Shown: piece after piece, positions 51,081 to 61,050 of the stretch
Layout: each line of letters begins with the position of its first letter
How positions within the stretch are numbered: the first letter of the stretch is position 1
NCBI GenBank assembly: GCA_000165345.1
Contig: CM000436.1
Span: 96,001-160,000, forward strand
Length of the DNA stretch: 64,000 nucleotides
Direction of reading: 5' to 3'
Made by a program: the position numbers and the translations under genes
The notes under the pieces: model-generated
The model's database searches: none
Told to the model about the DNA's origin: nothing
What the model saw: only the letters and a program-made list of their open reading frames with translations

Positions 51081-51560
51081 ATGGATGAAGTTATTGTTCC
51101 AAGAAGTTTTAGATTACTTGATGAATTAGAGAGAGGTCAGAAAGGGCAAGCTACTGATGGAGTATCATGGGGTCTGGACCAACATGATGATATTACATTA
51201 AGTACCTGGGCGTGTACTATTTTTGGTCCTCCAAATGTAAGTTTATATAAACTGTTATTTATTTACTTAATTTCTTGACTATCATTTAATTAGACTACTT
51301 TTGAAAACAGAATATACTCACTAACTGTTTCTTGTGGTCCAAATTATCCTGATGAAGCTCCTATTGTCAAATTCAATACAAAGATTTCTCTTGGATGTGT
51401 GGATGGGCATGGATTTGTCAGCCCAAGTTTTGCTGTACTAAAGCAGTGGCAAAGGAATTTTTATATTGAGAATGTTTTAATAGCGTTAAGACATGAAATG
51501 GCCTCCAATTCTAATCGAAGATTAGCTCAACCTCCTGAAGGTACTTTTTATGATGATTGA
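51081..51560 (+). CDS. MMS2: Ubiquitin-conjugating enzyme E2 variant (UEV1/MMS2), join(51081..51236,51294..51560), 140 aa
   Basis: Exon 1 [22 protein letters not shown]…[12 protein letters not shown] matches Mms2 VPRNFRLLEELEEGQKG…GPPR. Exon 2 [31 protein letters not shown]… matches [22 protein letters not shown]…. The 57-nt intron is GTAAGT…aattAG, phase 0. The upstream part of track ORF 50985 is spurious. Confidence 0.75.
51237..51293 (+). other. Spliceosomal intron (57 nt) in the UEV/MMS2 gene
   Basis: GTAAGT donor directly after the GPPN codon. An AG acceptor at 51292-51293 restores the conserved TxxENRIYSL continuation. Confidence 0.7.
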
Positions 51561-51762
51561 TCTCATGCAGCCAAAGTTACTATATGAAGTGATGAAAGGG
51601 AAAATTAATATCATTTAGGGTATACTAAAAATTTGCTTTCCTAATATTTGTTATACTACGAGCTATAAATAAAAAAAAAAAAAAAAAAAGGTCTTGGAAT
51701 TAAGAATCCTATAATCTTATTATCTTTAATGAACTTTTTTTCTATCAATAACTTAATTCTTT

Positions 51763-52740
51763 CTATTTTTGTTGAATCTCATCTTGAATTATAATAGATT
51801 CTACGGCTAAACCTATTTTAGAATATTCAGATTCTGAGTTAGAATTGAAATATTTAACTATATCACCAACAATATTATGACCCTCCTCTAAGAGCTGATG
51901 TTTACAGTTTTGATAGATGATCGCCCTTGTTTTTGGCATCATCTTTTTTAGCTTTGGAATTAATAAATCAGCAGGAACCATATCATCATACAGACCCAAA
52001 AAAAAGCATACTCCAGTTATTCCTCTTAATGAAATATATTTATCCATAAATACTTTAAGAGCTTGTTCATTTTCCCAGAAATCAAAACCTGTTACCACTC
52101 TACCAAAAGTTGATCGTAATTGTCTACCATAATATCTGTGCCTTAAATACCTCAAATTTACAATTTCTTGATTAATTTTTTCAGGATCATAGTAATCTTC
52201 CAATATATTATCTCTACTCTTTAATAGATATAATGGAAGTGAATTTTCAAAAAATCTAAAAACTCCTGGAAAATTTTTTAAAACAAAACTTTGTATTCCT
52301 GAGAGTGGCCTGCAAAAACAAGCTGGACATAAAGAAGCTACCTTAAGTACTTTCTCTGGATGGGCCCCTGCATAACATAAAGTCATTAAACCTCCCATGG
52401 AAATCCCAACTAAATATAATAACAATTTTTCTAAACCCAAATTTATTAACACTGTATCTACTTGTTTAATAAAATCATCAGTTGTCAATTTTCCAAAATA
52501 GTTCCAAGAAGAAAGTCCATGTCCAGGCATATCTATTCTCAGTACTGCTAAGCCTGACTTTAAACATTCAGTCTCTAACTGCTTGAAAGAAGAAATTGAG
52601 CTTAGTAAACCATGAAAGCATATTACCAAAGGACCTTTATATGCTGCCTTCTCAATATTTGGGAACGATAATGCATAGTTTATTCTTCCATTTGGGCCTT
52701 CTGTGAATTTCCCCTCTTCAAATTTATATTTAGATTCCAT
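51763..52740 (-). CDS. Alpha/beta-hydrolase fold protein (lipase/esterase-like), 325 aa
   Basis: HG oxyanion motif (LVICFHGLLSS), nucleophile elbow GISMGG (GxSxG), and a C-terminal His in NCKHQLLEEGH. Paralogous to the 53620 gene. Confidence 0.7.
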   Translation of the reverse strand: MESKYKFEEGKFTEGPNGRINYALSFPNIEKAAYKGPLVICFHGLLSSISSFKQLETECLKSGLAVLRIDMPGHGLSSWNYFGKLTTDDFIKQVDTVLINLGLEKLLLYLVGISMGGLMTLCYAGAHPEKVLKVASLCPACFCRPLSGIQSFVLKNFPGVFRFFENSLPLYLLKSRDNILEDYYDPEKINQEIVNLRYLRHRYYGRQLRSTFGRVVTGFDFWENEQALKVFMDKYISLRGITGVCFFLGLYDDMVPADLLIPKLKKMMPKTRAIIYQNCKHQLLEEGHNIVGDIVKYFNSNSESEYSKIGLAVESIIIQDEIQQK

Positions 52741-52956
52741 TTCCTTTTTACAAACGTTCTAAATTAATAGTTTATTTAATATAATTCCAAATTCTATTTT
52801 ACAATTGTCTTAAATCTAAATTATATATTGCTAGAATGATTAATTAATCCAGAATATACTGCTATATAAATCTAATTCCACCTAACTATTGCCACGTAAT
52901 TCAACAAAAAAAAAATGGCTAAATGTGAATTTATTTTTATTATTACAAAGAATTGT

Positions 52957-53475
52957 GCATGTGCCCGCCAAATTGACTTATATTTGTCATTTAATTTTTA
53001 TTGGTACTAATAATATAAAAATGTGAAAACAAATTTTTTTTAAATAAAAAAAATTACTTGATTAGTGATCCATTATGAAAAAGAATATGTCTGAATTCTT
53101 TAAAACATATTGCTATCCTATTGTTACATATTTTTATAAAGTTGATTTGCTTTCGACAAACTGATAAGGAAGAAATAAAACAGAATATCCTTATACTACT
53201 TGTTTTTCTACTATTCTCCTTTTTCCTACCTTACAGCCTATTTCAGTTTAAGTAGATATACCGGAGTCTTCACACCAAAAATTGATTTTAAGAAAGTAAA
53301 TAATTACATAACAAGCAATTTAAAATAAAAAAAAAGACTAGACTAAAGTCAAACAATCTCTTCCATCTTATTATTTTATCTTTTTTTAAAGTATTTACCG
53401 TCTTATAATTAATTAAGACTCACCCCACTGTAAGAATCGGGAAAAAAAGAAGTGGCGCCAAAATTTGGGCGCTGG
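52957..53475. promoter_or_regulatory. Divergent promoter region of the hydrolase paralog pair, with E2F-like boxes at 52957-52974 (CATGTGCCCGCCAAATTG) and 53450-53475 (AAGTGGCGCCAAAATTTGGGCGCTGG) and ATACCGGAG at 53258-53266
   Basis: Motifs read directly in the 879-bp intergenic region. Confidence 0.4.
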
Positions 53476-53619
53476 ATCGAATTATAGAGGACAATAAAGG
53501 CAAATAAGAAATATCAAAGGTAAAGTCAAATATAATAAAAAAATTAATACATTTTTAAAAGTTAAATTAATAGAAAAAAAAAGGGGCAAAATAATTTAAT
53601 AACTTTTAGTAATAGCAAT

Positions 53620-54873
53620 ATGTGGTTATTCAAATACATATTTGCAATCATAAGTTTTGCTTATGTAGGTATCTTCAAAGTTTATGGAGAAGAGCAAAAA
53701 GTCATTCCTGACCACTTTTACTTTGAAGAAGGCTCTAAAATCCAATTATCACATGGAATAGTTAATTATCAATTACATAAAGAAAATGATGATGGACCTA
53801 TTTCTGTATGTCTTCATTGTTTTATGGGTACAATTTCAGATTGTTCAAGTATTTCAAAGAATTTAGCTAAGAATGGTTATAGAGCTTTAAGATTTGATTT
53901 TTATGGGCATGGTTTGTCTCAATATAAAAATTTTGGACAATATTCTGTGGATGATTATGTTGACCAAACAATGGAATTACTTGAGAAATTGGGTCTTTAC
54001 AATGTAACTGCTATTTCTGAAGAAGAGTTACATTCAAGTAGTTTTATACCAAAGTTGCATGTAATAGGTACATCTTTGGGTGGATTTGTAGCAATGAGAA
54101 TTGCTCAAAGATTTCCAAAACATATTAGCAAGTTAGTTTTAGATGCTCCTCCTGGTTTATTGAAGAAGAAAGTTGCACCTTATTTACAATATTCAATCAT
54201 TAACTATCCATTACAACTTTTTGCCAATATATACTCACCAGTTTGGGGTTGTTATCAATTTATGGATCCTCCATCTGAGAATCTTTCTTCTCCAAAGCTT
54301 GATTTTAGAGCAAAGCACTATTGTAAACAAATACTTTTAACATCTCTACAACTATTTTTGGGAATTAATTTATGGAATAATCAACAAATTTATCAAGAAT
54401 TTAGTAAAGTCGATGTACCAACTCTTTTTTTCTGGGGAGCTGAAGACAGATTATGCCCACTTTCTTCAGCCATTACTATTCTAAATGAATATGTACCAAA
54501 CACAAAGATTATTGTTTATGAGAATTGTAAGCATAGATGCTCTAAATATTGTAAAGAACAATTTGTTGAAGATGTTATTAAATACTTTAACAATGAATTA
54601 GACCAAGAACTTGTGTCAATGTCACAATATTACAATTCAGTGCATGATATAGTTCATTCTTCAGAAAAGAGATCACTTCCATCAATTAGAGGTACCAAAA
54701 CAGATACTTTATTAGAGCCTAGCTCAATACCTGAAGATACATGTTCAACAAGTACATCTGGTAGTCAAGAAATTGCAGTTCAGTTAGCATCCTCAACTGA
54801 AGAAAATACCGAGACTGGGAGTTCTATGAGTAGTTCAGAAAATTTCGATGATTTTTGTAAAACTAAGAATTAG
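53620..54873 (+). CDS. Alpha/beta-hydrolase fold protein with N-terminal signal/anchor and Ser/Thr-rich C-terminal tail, 417 aa
   Basis: N-terminal hydrophobic MWLFKYIFAIISFAYVGIF. VCLHCFMG oxyanion region, GTSLGG nucleophile elbow and C-terminal NCKHR. Clear paralog of 51763-52740 (NYALS…ICFHGLLSSISSFKQL…GHGLS versus NYQLH…VCLHCFMGTISDCSSIS…GHGLS). Confidence 0.7.
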   Translation: MWLFKYIFAIISFAYVGIFKVYGEEQKVIPDHFYFEEGSKIQLSHGIVNYQLHKENDDGPISVCLHCFMGTISDCSSISKNLAKNGYRALRFDFYGHGLSQYKNFGQYSVDDYVDQTMELLEKLGLYNVTAISEEELHSSSFIPKLHVIGTSLGGFVAMRIAQRFPKHISKLVLDAPPGLLKKKVAPYLQYSIINYPLQLFANIYSPVWGCYQFMDPPSENLSSPKLDFRAKHYCKQILLTSLQLFLGINLWNNQQIYQEFSKVDVPTLFFWGAEDRLCPLSSAITILNEYVPNTKIIVYENCKHRCSKYCKEQFVEDVIKYFNNELDQELVSMSQYYNSVHDIVHSSEKRSLPSIRGTKTDTLLEPSSIPEDTCSTSTSGSQEIAVQLASSTEENTETGSSMSSSENFDDFCKTKN

Positions 54874-55544
54874 ATAAAGATATGAGTTTAGAAAAAAAAA
54901 AAAAAAAAAAAGAAATTACCAATTTCTATCAAAATTTTAATTAGAAAGCTTCTTGCTATGAAAATGGGATATTAATCAATGAATATATTAGAATGAGTGA
55001 GAATTGGATGACACTCCTGGGAGTCCTAAATGTTAGCCTGTAATCAGTTATACTTTAATTGGTGTGCTTCATTAAATAGGATTTCCCAATACTGGAGATA
55101 GAACAATTACAGTTGAAGGAGTTAAATTATAAAATATCTCAGAAACCCAAACTCCTTAACTGCTTCAGTAGGAGATAACGTTCTATTCTTTTATACATTT
55201 TATTCAACCAAATTTTACTAGAATTGAAGTATTTTCTAATTAATATTTATGTTTAACTTAAAAATATATTAATTGAAACTTGATAATATGTGAGCGAAAG
55301 CTTTTACTTCTTAAAAAAACAGAATAAAAGTTCTTATGTTCTCTTGAAAATTTCTATTAATTATATTTTTCCATAAACTCTTCAAGAATTTGGAAATTTC
55401 TGCATGCATGAATACATGCACTAATTTCTGGGAATGCCGCTTTTTCATAAATGACATAATTGTTACGTGTATGTTTAAAAAACAAGAAAAAATTAATTAA
55501 ACATTATTTACAGAATACTAGAGTAGCATATAAATTAAATATTG

Positions 55545-58109
55545 CTATTTAGTTCTTTTCTTAGTTTCTTTAGTTTGTCTTCCTAAAGCTTTGCTTTTTT
55601 TGACTTTAATTAGTGAGCCAAGGTCATTGGACGCTTTAGATTTGCTTTTTGAAGATTTAGAAGAGTCTTCATCTTGGTCAATATCATCGTCATTTTCATC
55701 AAATTCATCCTCGCCTCCATCATCTCGATCTTCACCTCCTTTTCTTGAGAGTTCATCAGAGTCTTCAGATTTGTTATTTTTTTTTGATTGAATAGAAAAT
55801 TTGACTGCATGAGTAGTAGAATTGATCATTCTAGTCATAGTAGTTTTAGTTTTGCTATCAACTTTATCATAGGTTCTGACTTGGTTTTTAAGCATTAAAG
55901 ATGAGATATGTTCAATTAGATGATTTCTATTGAGACAATATTCATCCATGAATGAAATACTCATTTGAATAGCATCTTTTGTATCCATCTTACTATCAAG
56001 TAAAGGAGCTGTGGCCTTAAAATAAATTAAATCAAGATATCCAGAAAGTTTTAGTCCTTTCGATGAAGGACAGTTTCCTTTTCTTCCAACAGTAATAATA
56101 GCCATAAGTTCACTTAAAAGTCTCTTATTTTTATTAGTTGTAGAGTTCTTTCCAAGCCATTTTGGGAATTCAGGTCTAGCTAAAAATGAATTTGTAGAGC
56201 AAAGTCCTGGAGCAACTGCACAATTCACTGCAATTTCAGAAAGTAAGCTCCATTCATTATCAGTTCTGAGTTTGGCATTAAATACATCAGCTTCAACAAA
56301 TAAGTTTGCAGTTTCAAGAACGCTTTCAATCATTTGAGGAGTTACAGTCATTTGCTGATTAGAAGATCCTGATCCAAATCCGCCTCCACTTTTTACAGAT
56401 AATGCTGAAATGTAATTCTCCTCAAGTAAAAGAGGCATTAAATCAAAATCTATAAAAAATATTTCCAGCTTATCATTTATTGAAAGATGTGACGATTCAC
56501 TAGTTGTTAAGAGTTTTTTTGTTGCTGAGAATACATCTAAAGTAACCTGAACATCTTTTAAGTGACCTGAGATTTCTGTTTTAACATCAGAAAAGCGAAC
56601 ATTTATATTTGATAAAGATAATAGCTGTAATTCGTTGAGTATTTGTCTTAAATCATTACCAACTGATTCACAAAGTAGCTCAATTGCATTTGGTTCGATC
56701 TTCATTCCTTCTTTATTTGCAATTTCTTGCATTCTTTTTATGATTTGAACTTTCGATGGACGACTAAATCTTAAATCATAACATTTTGGAGCCAAATTAC
56801 GTACTTTCTCACTCATTCTATCATTACATATACATATTATTGGCCACCTAGTCTTCTGAATTAGCCTTCCAAGAGCTGCTGCTCCTCCTCTATCACTTCC
56901 ACCTAAGCCATCCATCTCATCCATTATCAATAACATATTAGTATTTAGGCCACCTTCTTCACCAAATTGGCTACTAGATGAAGATTTTCTAGCAAAAGTT
57001 GATAGAGAAAACCCACCAACAGCACTTTCCGATAGATTTTCAATTACTTCTTTTGTTCTATCATCACTTGCATTCATTTCTATTGGGATATATCCACACT
57101 TCTTCGCAATTAAAGTAGCTACTGTAGACTTTCCTATGCCAGGAGGACCACTTAATAAAGCCGCTCTAGCATTGATATTTTCAACTTGAGGAAATCGACT
57201 ACCTGGTGAAAATGAGGCTTTAGGAGGGGCTTTCTTCTTACCCTCGATTACTACTGATTTCCAATCAGAAAGCCAAGTTTGTAATTTTTTAATCACTTCT
57301 CCATTACCCAATACTTGGTCAAGTGATTCTGGTTTGTGTCTATCTGTCCATAAAGAACTATTTCCATCAAAATTACTATTATTCATATTTCCTTCATTTA
57401 TTTTATTTCCGCTTTCAAACACTCCATGAGATTTCCGGTTTGGAGATTGACTATCATATTTTGCTTCTTTTTGTTTATAATTTGTATAAATCTCAATAAA
57501 CTCATCCTCACTTAGAATATTGACACCTTTTGATTTGGCATTACGATATTTGCTGCCTTCTTCAATTGATCTTCCATCTTCCAAAGAGTTGCCTGCTATT
57601 AAGTATGAGGTTCTACCACTTACAGCTGAGGTCAACTTTCCTCCTAAAATCTTTACAAAATCTTCTATTTCTTGTCTAGAATTGTTATTAAAAGTACCGG
57701 TAACGACTATACTCATCCCGTTAAAAGGACCTATCAATTCTTCGTCACTTTGAGAATTAGAGCTAATTTTATCTGTTTTTGTATTTAAGTTTGATTTTGA
57801 TGATGATGATTTATTTCTTTTAGGTGAACTTTCTTTTTCAGCTTTGACTTTTACATCCTTTTTTCTTCTACTTACAGGGCTTTTCAAATCTTCTTCTTCA
57901 TCCTCATCACTGCTCATTACTTTGTGTAATCTAGATCTCTTTGAAGTTTTTTTCAACTTTATTTCATTGTCTTTAGTTTCATTATCACTATTTACATTTA
58001 CTTTATTTTTCTCATCTTTGTTTATTTGAGTATTTGAATCCACTTTTTTATTATCTTGCAACTTCTTCTTCTTACAGCTTGAAAAGTAATCGTCCAATGT
58101 TAACTCCAT
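55545..58109 (-). CDS. RFC1: Replication factor C large subunit (RFC1), 854 aa
   Basis: BRCT domain (GMSIVVTGTFNNNSRQEIEDFVKILGGKLTSAVSGRTSYLIAGN). AAA+ Walker A LLSGPPGIGKST, Walker B LIMDEMDG and sensor CICNDR. KE/S-rich termini. Confidence 0.85.
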   Translation of the reverse strand: MELTLDDYFSSCKKKKLQDNKKVDSNTQINKDEKNKVNVNSDNETKDNEIKLKKTSKRSRLHKVMSSDEDEEEDLKSPVSRRKKDVKVKAEKESSPKRNKSSSSKSNLNTKTDKISSNSQSDEELIGPFNGMSIVVTGTFNNNSRQEIEDFVKILGGKLTSAVSGRTSYLIAGNSLEDGRSIEEGSKYRNAKSKGVNILSEDEFIEIYTNYKQKEAKYDSQSPNRKSHGVFESGNKINEGNMNNSNFDGNSSLWTDRHKPESLDQVLGNGEVIKKLQTWLSDWKSVVIEGKKKAPPKASFSPGSRFPQVENINARAALLSGPPGIGKSTVATLIAKKCGYIPIEMNASDDRTKEVIENLSESAVGGFSLSTFARKSSSSSQFGEEGGLNTNMLLIMDEMDGLGGSDRGGAAALGRLIQKTRWPIICICNDRMSEKVRNLAPKCYDLRFSRPSKVQIIKRMQEIANKEGMKIEPNAIELLCESVGNDLRQILNELQLLSLSNINVRFSDVKTEISGHLKDVQVTLDVFSATKKLLTTSESSHLSINDKLEIFFIDFDLMPLLLEENYISALSVKSGGGFGSGSSNQQMTVTPQMIESVLETANLFVEADVFNAKLRTDNEWSLLSEIAVNCAVAPGLCSTNSFLARPEFPKWLGKNSTTNKNKRLLSELMAIITVGRKGNCPSSKGLKLSGYLDLIYFKATAPLLDSKMDTKDAIQMSISFMDEYCLNRNHLIEHISSLMLKNQVRTYDKVDSKTKTTMTRMINSTTHAVKFSIQSKKNNKSEDSDELSRKGGEDRDDGGEDEFDENDDDIDQDEDSSKSSKSKSKASNDLGSLIKVKKSKALGRQTKETKKRTK

Positions 58110-58514
58110 GACTATAGACTCTTCAGCTAGATTTAAAAGAAAAACTTTATTTATTCTTTGCTGAATCCTTTAAATCTTATTTTTCAATCATTATGGTACC
58201 CCACTTTCATGTTTGCCGGCAGTATACCTGTTTTTGATTATTTGTTAAAATATTTGAAATTATTCAAAAATTAATTTTTTTTTTAATTTTATTCCAATTA
58301 AAAACTTTGCGATTACCTAGAATGAATTATTTTCTTTGACTTTATTATAAATCCTTGAAAAATCTTATTGAAAGAAAAAAAAGTCTTGTTCTTCCTTTCT
58401 TGTTAACTATTAAAATAATCTAATCTTGTTATTTATTCTTTTTGCAATTTCTGATTTTCTTATTATTATTGGAAATAGCACTAAATTGATTTTACTCCTT
58501 TATCTAATAATATA

Positions 58515-59297
58515 TTAATAATTAAATATTGAATTATTATTTTCATTTAAAAGTTCCATGATTTCGTATTCAACTTTGTATCCATTTTTTATATTATAAT
58601 CTATATCCTCACTTAAAATCCTCGTTCTATTCTTTTTAACAGTAGTTATATATGGAGAACGGTAATAATTAATTGGATTATATGGATATCCTAAATATCC
58701 ACTTCTAAACATTGGATACTGATTTTGTGGTATTTGATGTATGACTTGTGGAATTACATCAAATTGATGATAACCAACAGGTCTAAAAACTACTTGATCT
58801 CTATGTATTAGTTCATATTCTGCCATTCTTCTTGAATTTAAAGGTTGATATGATACTGTATTGTTGTTGTAATCAGTATTGTTAAAAATATTTTCATAAT
58901 TGAAATTATATTTTGGATTTGGAATAAGTGGAGTTACTAATTGAAAAGTATTATTAAATGTTTTGTTTCCAAGCCCTAATAATCCTATATTTCCAATAGT
59001 ATCAAGGAATTTTTGACTGGAGTTTCTGTAAATATTTGATCCGCCATCCTCTTCTTCTTTAATTAACATTGTTAAATTGTAATTATTCAAATCTCTAATA
59101 TTTTGGTTTTCTTGTAAATATTTAATTCCCATTTTAGCTTCATTATTTCCTATATTTTGAGTAACTAAATCTCCTTTTCCATAACTTTCCATTGACTTGA
59201 AAATAATGAAAAACAAAATGGTTCTAATTCTCCAACTTGATTTTCGAGATAAAATCCCCTTTAAAAACCCCCTGGCCTCAATTTCTGAATACCTCAT
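58515..59297 (-). CDS. Hypothetical secreted or membrane-anchored Tyr/Asn/Pro-rich protein, 260 aa
   Basis: N-terminal hydrophobic segment (WRIRTILFFIIFKSMESYG). Mature region has about 13% Tyr plus Asn-rich composition, with N-glycosylation sequons. Upstream boxes include ATGCATGCATGCAAT (59518-59535) and TTGTTACCGCCATTTC (59553-59568). Confidence 0.5.
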   Translation of the reverse strand: MRYSEIEARGFLKGILSRKSSWRIRTILFFIIFKSMESYGKGDLVTQNIGNNEAKMGIKYLQENQNIRDLNNYNLTMLIKEEEDGGSNIYRNSSQKFLDTIGNIGLLGLGNKTFNNTFQLVTPLIPNPKYNFNYENIFNNTDYNNNTVSYQPLNSRRMAEYELIHRDQVVFRPVGYHQFDVIPQVIHQIPQNQYPMFRSGYLGYPYNPINYYRSPYITTVKKNRTRILSEDIDYNIKNGYKVEYEIMELLNENNNSIFNY

Positions 59298-60222
59298 ACC
59301 TCAACTCTTTGTTTAAAATAATATTTAGAAATATCCTTTAATAATTATAATTTATATAATATATATATTATAAGGATTTATCATTCAAATAATAAAAAAT
59401 TATAATTTTTATTTTGACCTTTCCCCATTTTTTTTGAATTTTTTAAACGTAATTTTTATTGATATTCATTTGATGCAACTTACATCCATAATAATTTGGC
59501 ACATGCTTGTATTGCAAATATGCATGCATGCAATTTTGTTACAAAATGACAAATTGTTACCGCCATTTCTAAATTATTGCATGTGGAAAATTATATGAAA
59601 AAACGAATAATAATGTTATTTAACTAAAATACGAGAATAAGGTAATTAGAGTTGAAGTTTTTTTATAACAACTAATACGAGTATAAGAATTTCTAGTTGT
59701 AATTATTTTTAAACAATATGAAAATAATATAGAGCAATCATTGGGAATTAATAGTAAATGTTTAAAAATAGTTTTTGTTAAATTTATGATTCTTTAAATA
59801 AATTAAAATATTATTTTTCTCTTTTTTTCAGAAAAGAAGTATAATTATAATTTAAAGGTCAATGCAATTGTTAAAAGTGTAATTATTAGAAATTCTAAAT
59901 AAATTAAACTCTGTAACAATAATAGTTCTTTAGAGACTACTCATACTATCTGCGAACTATTCAAATAAACACTTCGTACTATTTACTGATTAAATAATGA
60001 AAAAATCAAGCAATGCATTTTTCACATCCTGGTGTGAAGATTTTTTAAAAAAGGGCAAGTATTTATGTATTTATATTAGTTTTCTAGCCCTTCAAAACTC
60101 TATAAATCTTAAAAGTGAGAGTGGTCAAAATAAATAGTGGTAATTCTATGGAACTTATTTTATTATTATTTCTTTTTTATCATTCTCAGCTATATATAAG
60201 AATTTGACAGTAAATCACTATT

Positions 60223-60287
60223 TTATTGGCGGCAATTTGTCAATTTTCAAGTATAATAAAAATTTTAGAATACTTTGGCGGTAAATG
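60223..60287. promoter_or_regulatory. Two E2F-like boxes (TTATTGGCGGCAATTTG; TTTGGCGGTAAATG) in a long ORF-free region
   Basis: Read directly. They lie about 770-830 bp upstream of the PSMD5-like gene and may drive an unannotated transcript. Confidence 0.35.
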
Positions 60288-61050
60288 TGATTTATATTAA
60301 TCCTAATTATTTAATTATTATATACTGGTAACATTTAATAAAGTAATAATAACAAAAGGCAAAGTGAAAAGTAAATAAATATACAAGTTAAATTTTACGG
60401 AATAAATATATTTATTTATAATTTCTTTATTGAATGACTTATTTTCCCATATCAATATTAAGGGAGTAGAGATTAAAATATCCCTATGTTTGGAATGAAT
60501 TCAAATAATGAATGCATCCTTATTAGATAGTACAATATTTTAATGTGAACGCCTGTATCTAAGACGACATGCTGCAATTACCACTTGTTCGTTAATTCAC
60601 CCTGGCAATATTGATTTGAGTATGGAAATGAATTATTCAATATAATACTGGTCAGAATTTTTTTACTTTTGGCTGGGTAAATAAGTGCTCAAATAGGTGA
60701 ATATTAATTTTTCCCACCATTCGATACAGTGAATATTGTTATGAATAAAGTGGGTAGGTTTAAAGTTCCATAATCTTAGAGATAGAACTACAATAGAATA
60801 TAGGATGTTCTAGTTCATATAAGGATGCCGAAATTGAGGAATTTTGACCACCCGGGATGTACATTGTATTAAGGTGGCCTTGATCGGTTATATTTGTTAT
60901 TCTTATTCGTTTAGGTGATTCTGGCGCACACAAAGATAATATGTCAGTCTCGAAAAAATAAATAAATAAATATTAATATTCCAATTAATTAATTAGGAAA
61001 AGAAAATAAAGAAAATTGAATTGATATAAATTTTGAGATCATTTCCAAAC

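Noticed and set aside
11616-61050. ORF-track start codons at 11616, 29034, 37433 and 61033
   Set aside because: These first codons are GTG or TTG, not ATG. The nearest in-frame ATGs are used instead: 11622, 28989, 37457 and 61051.
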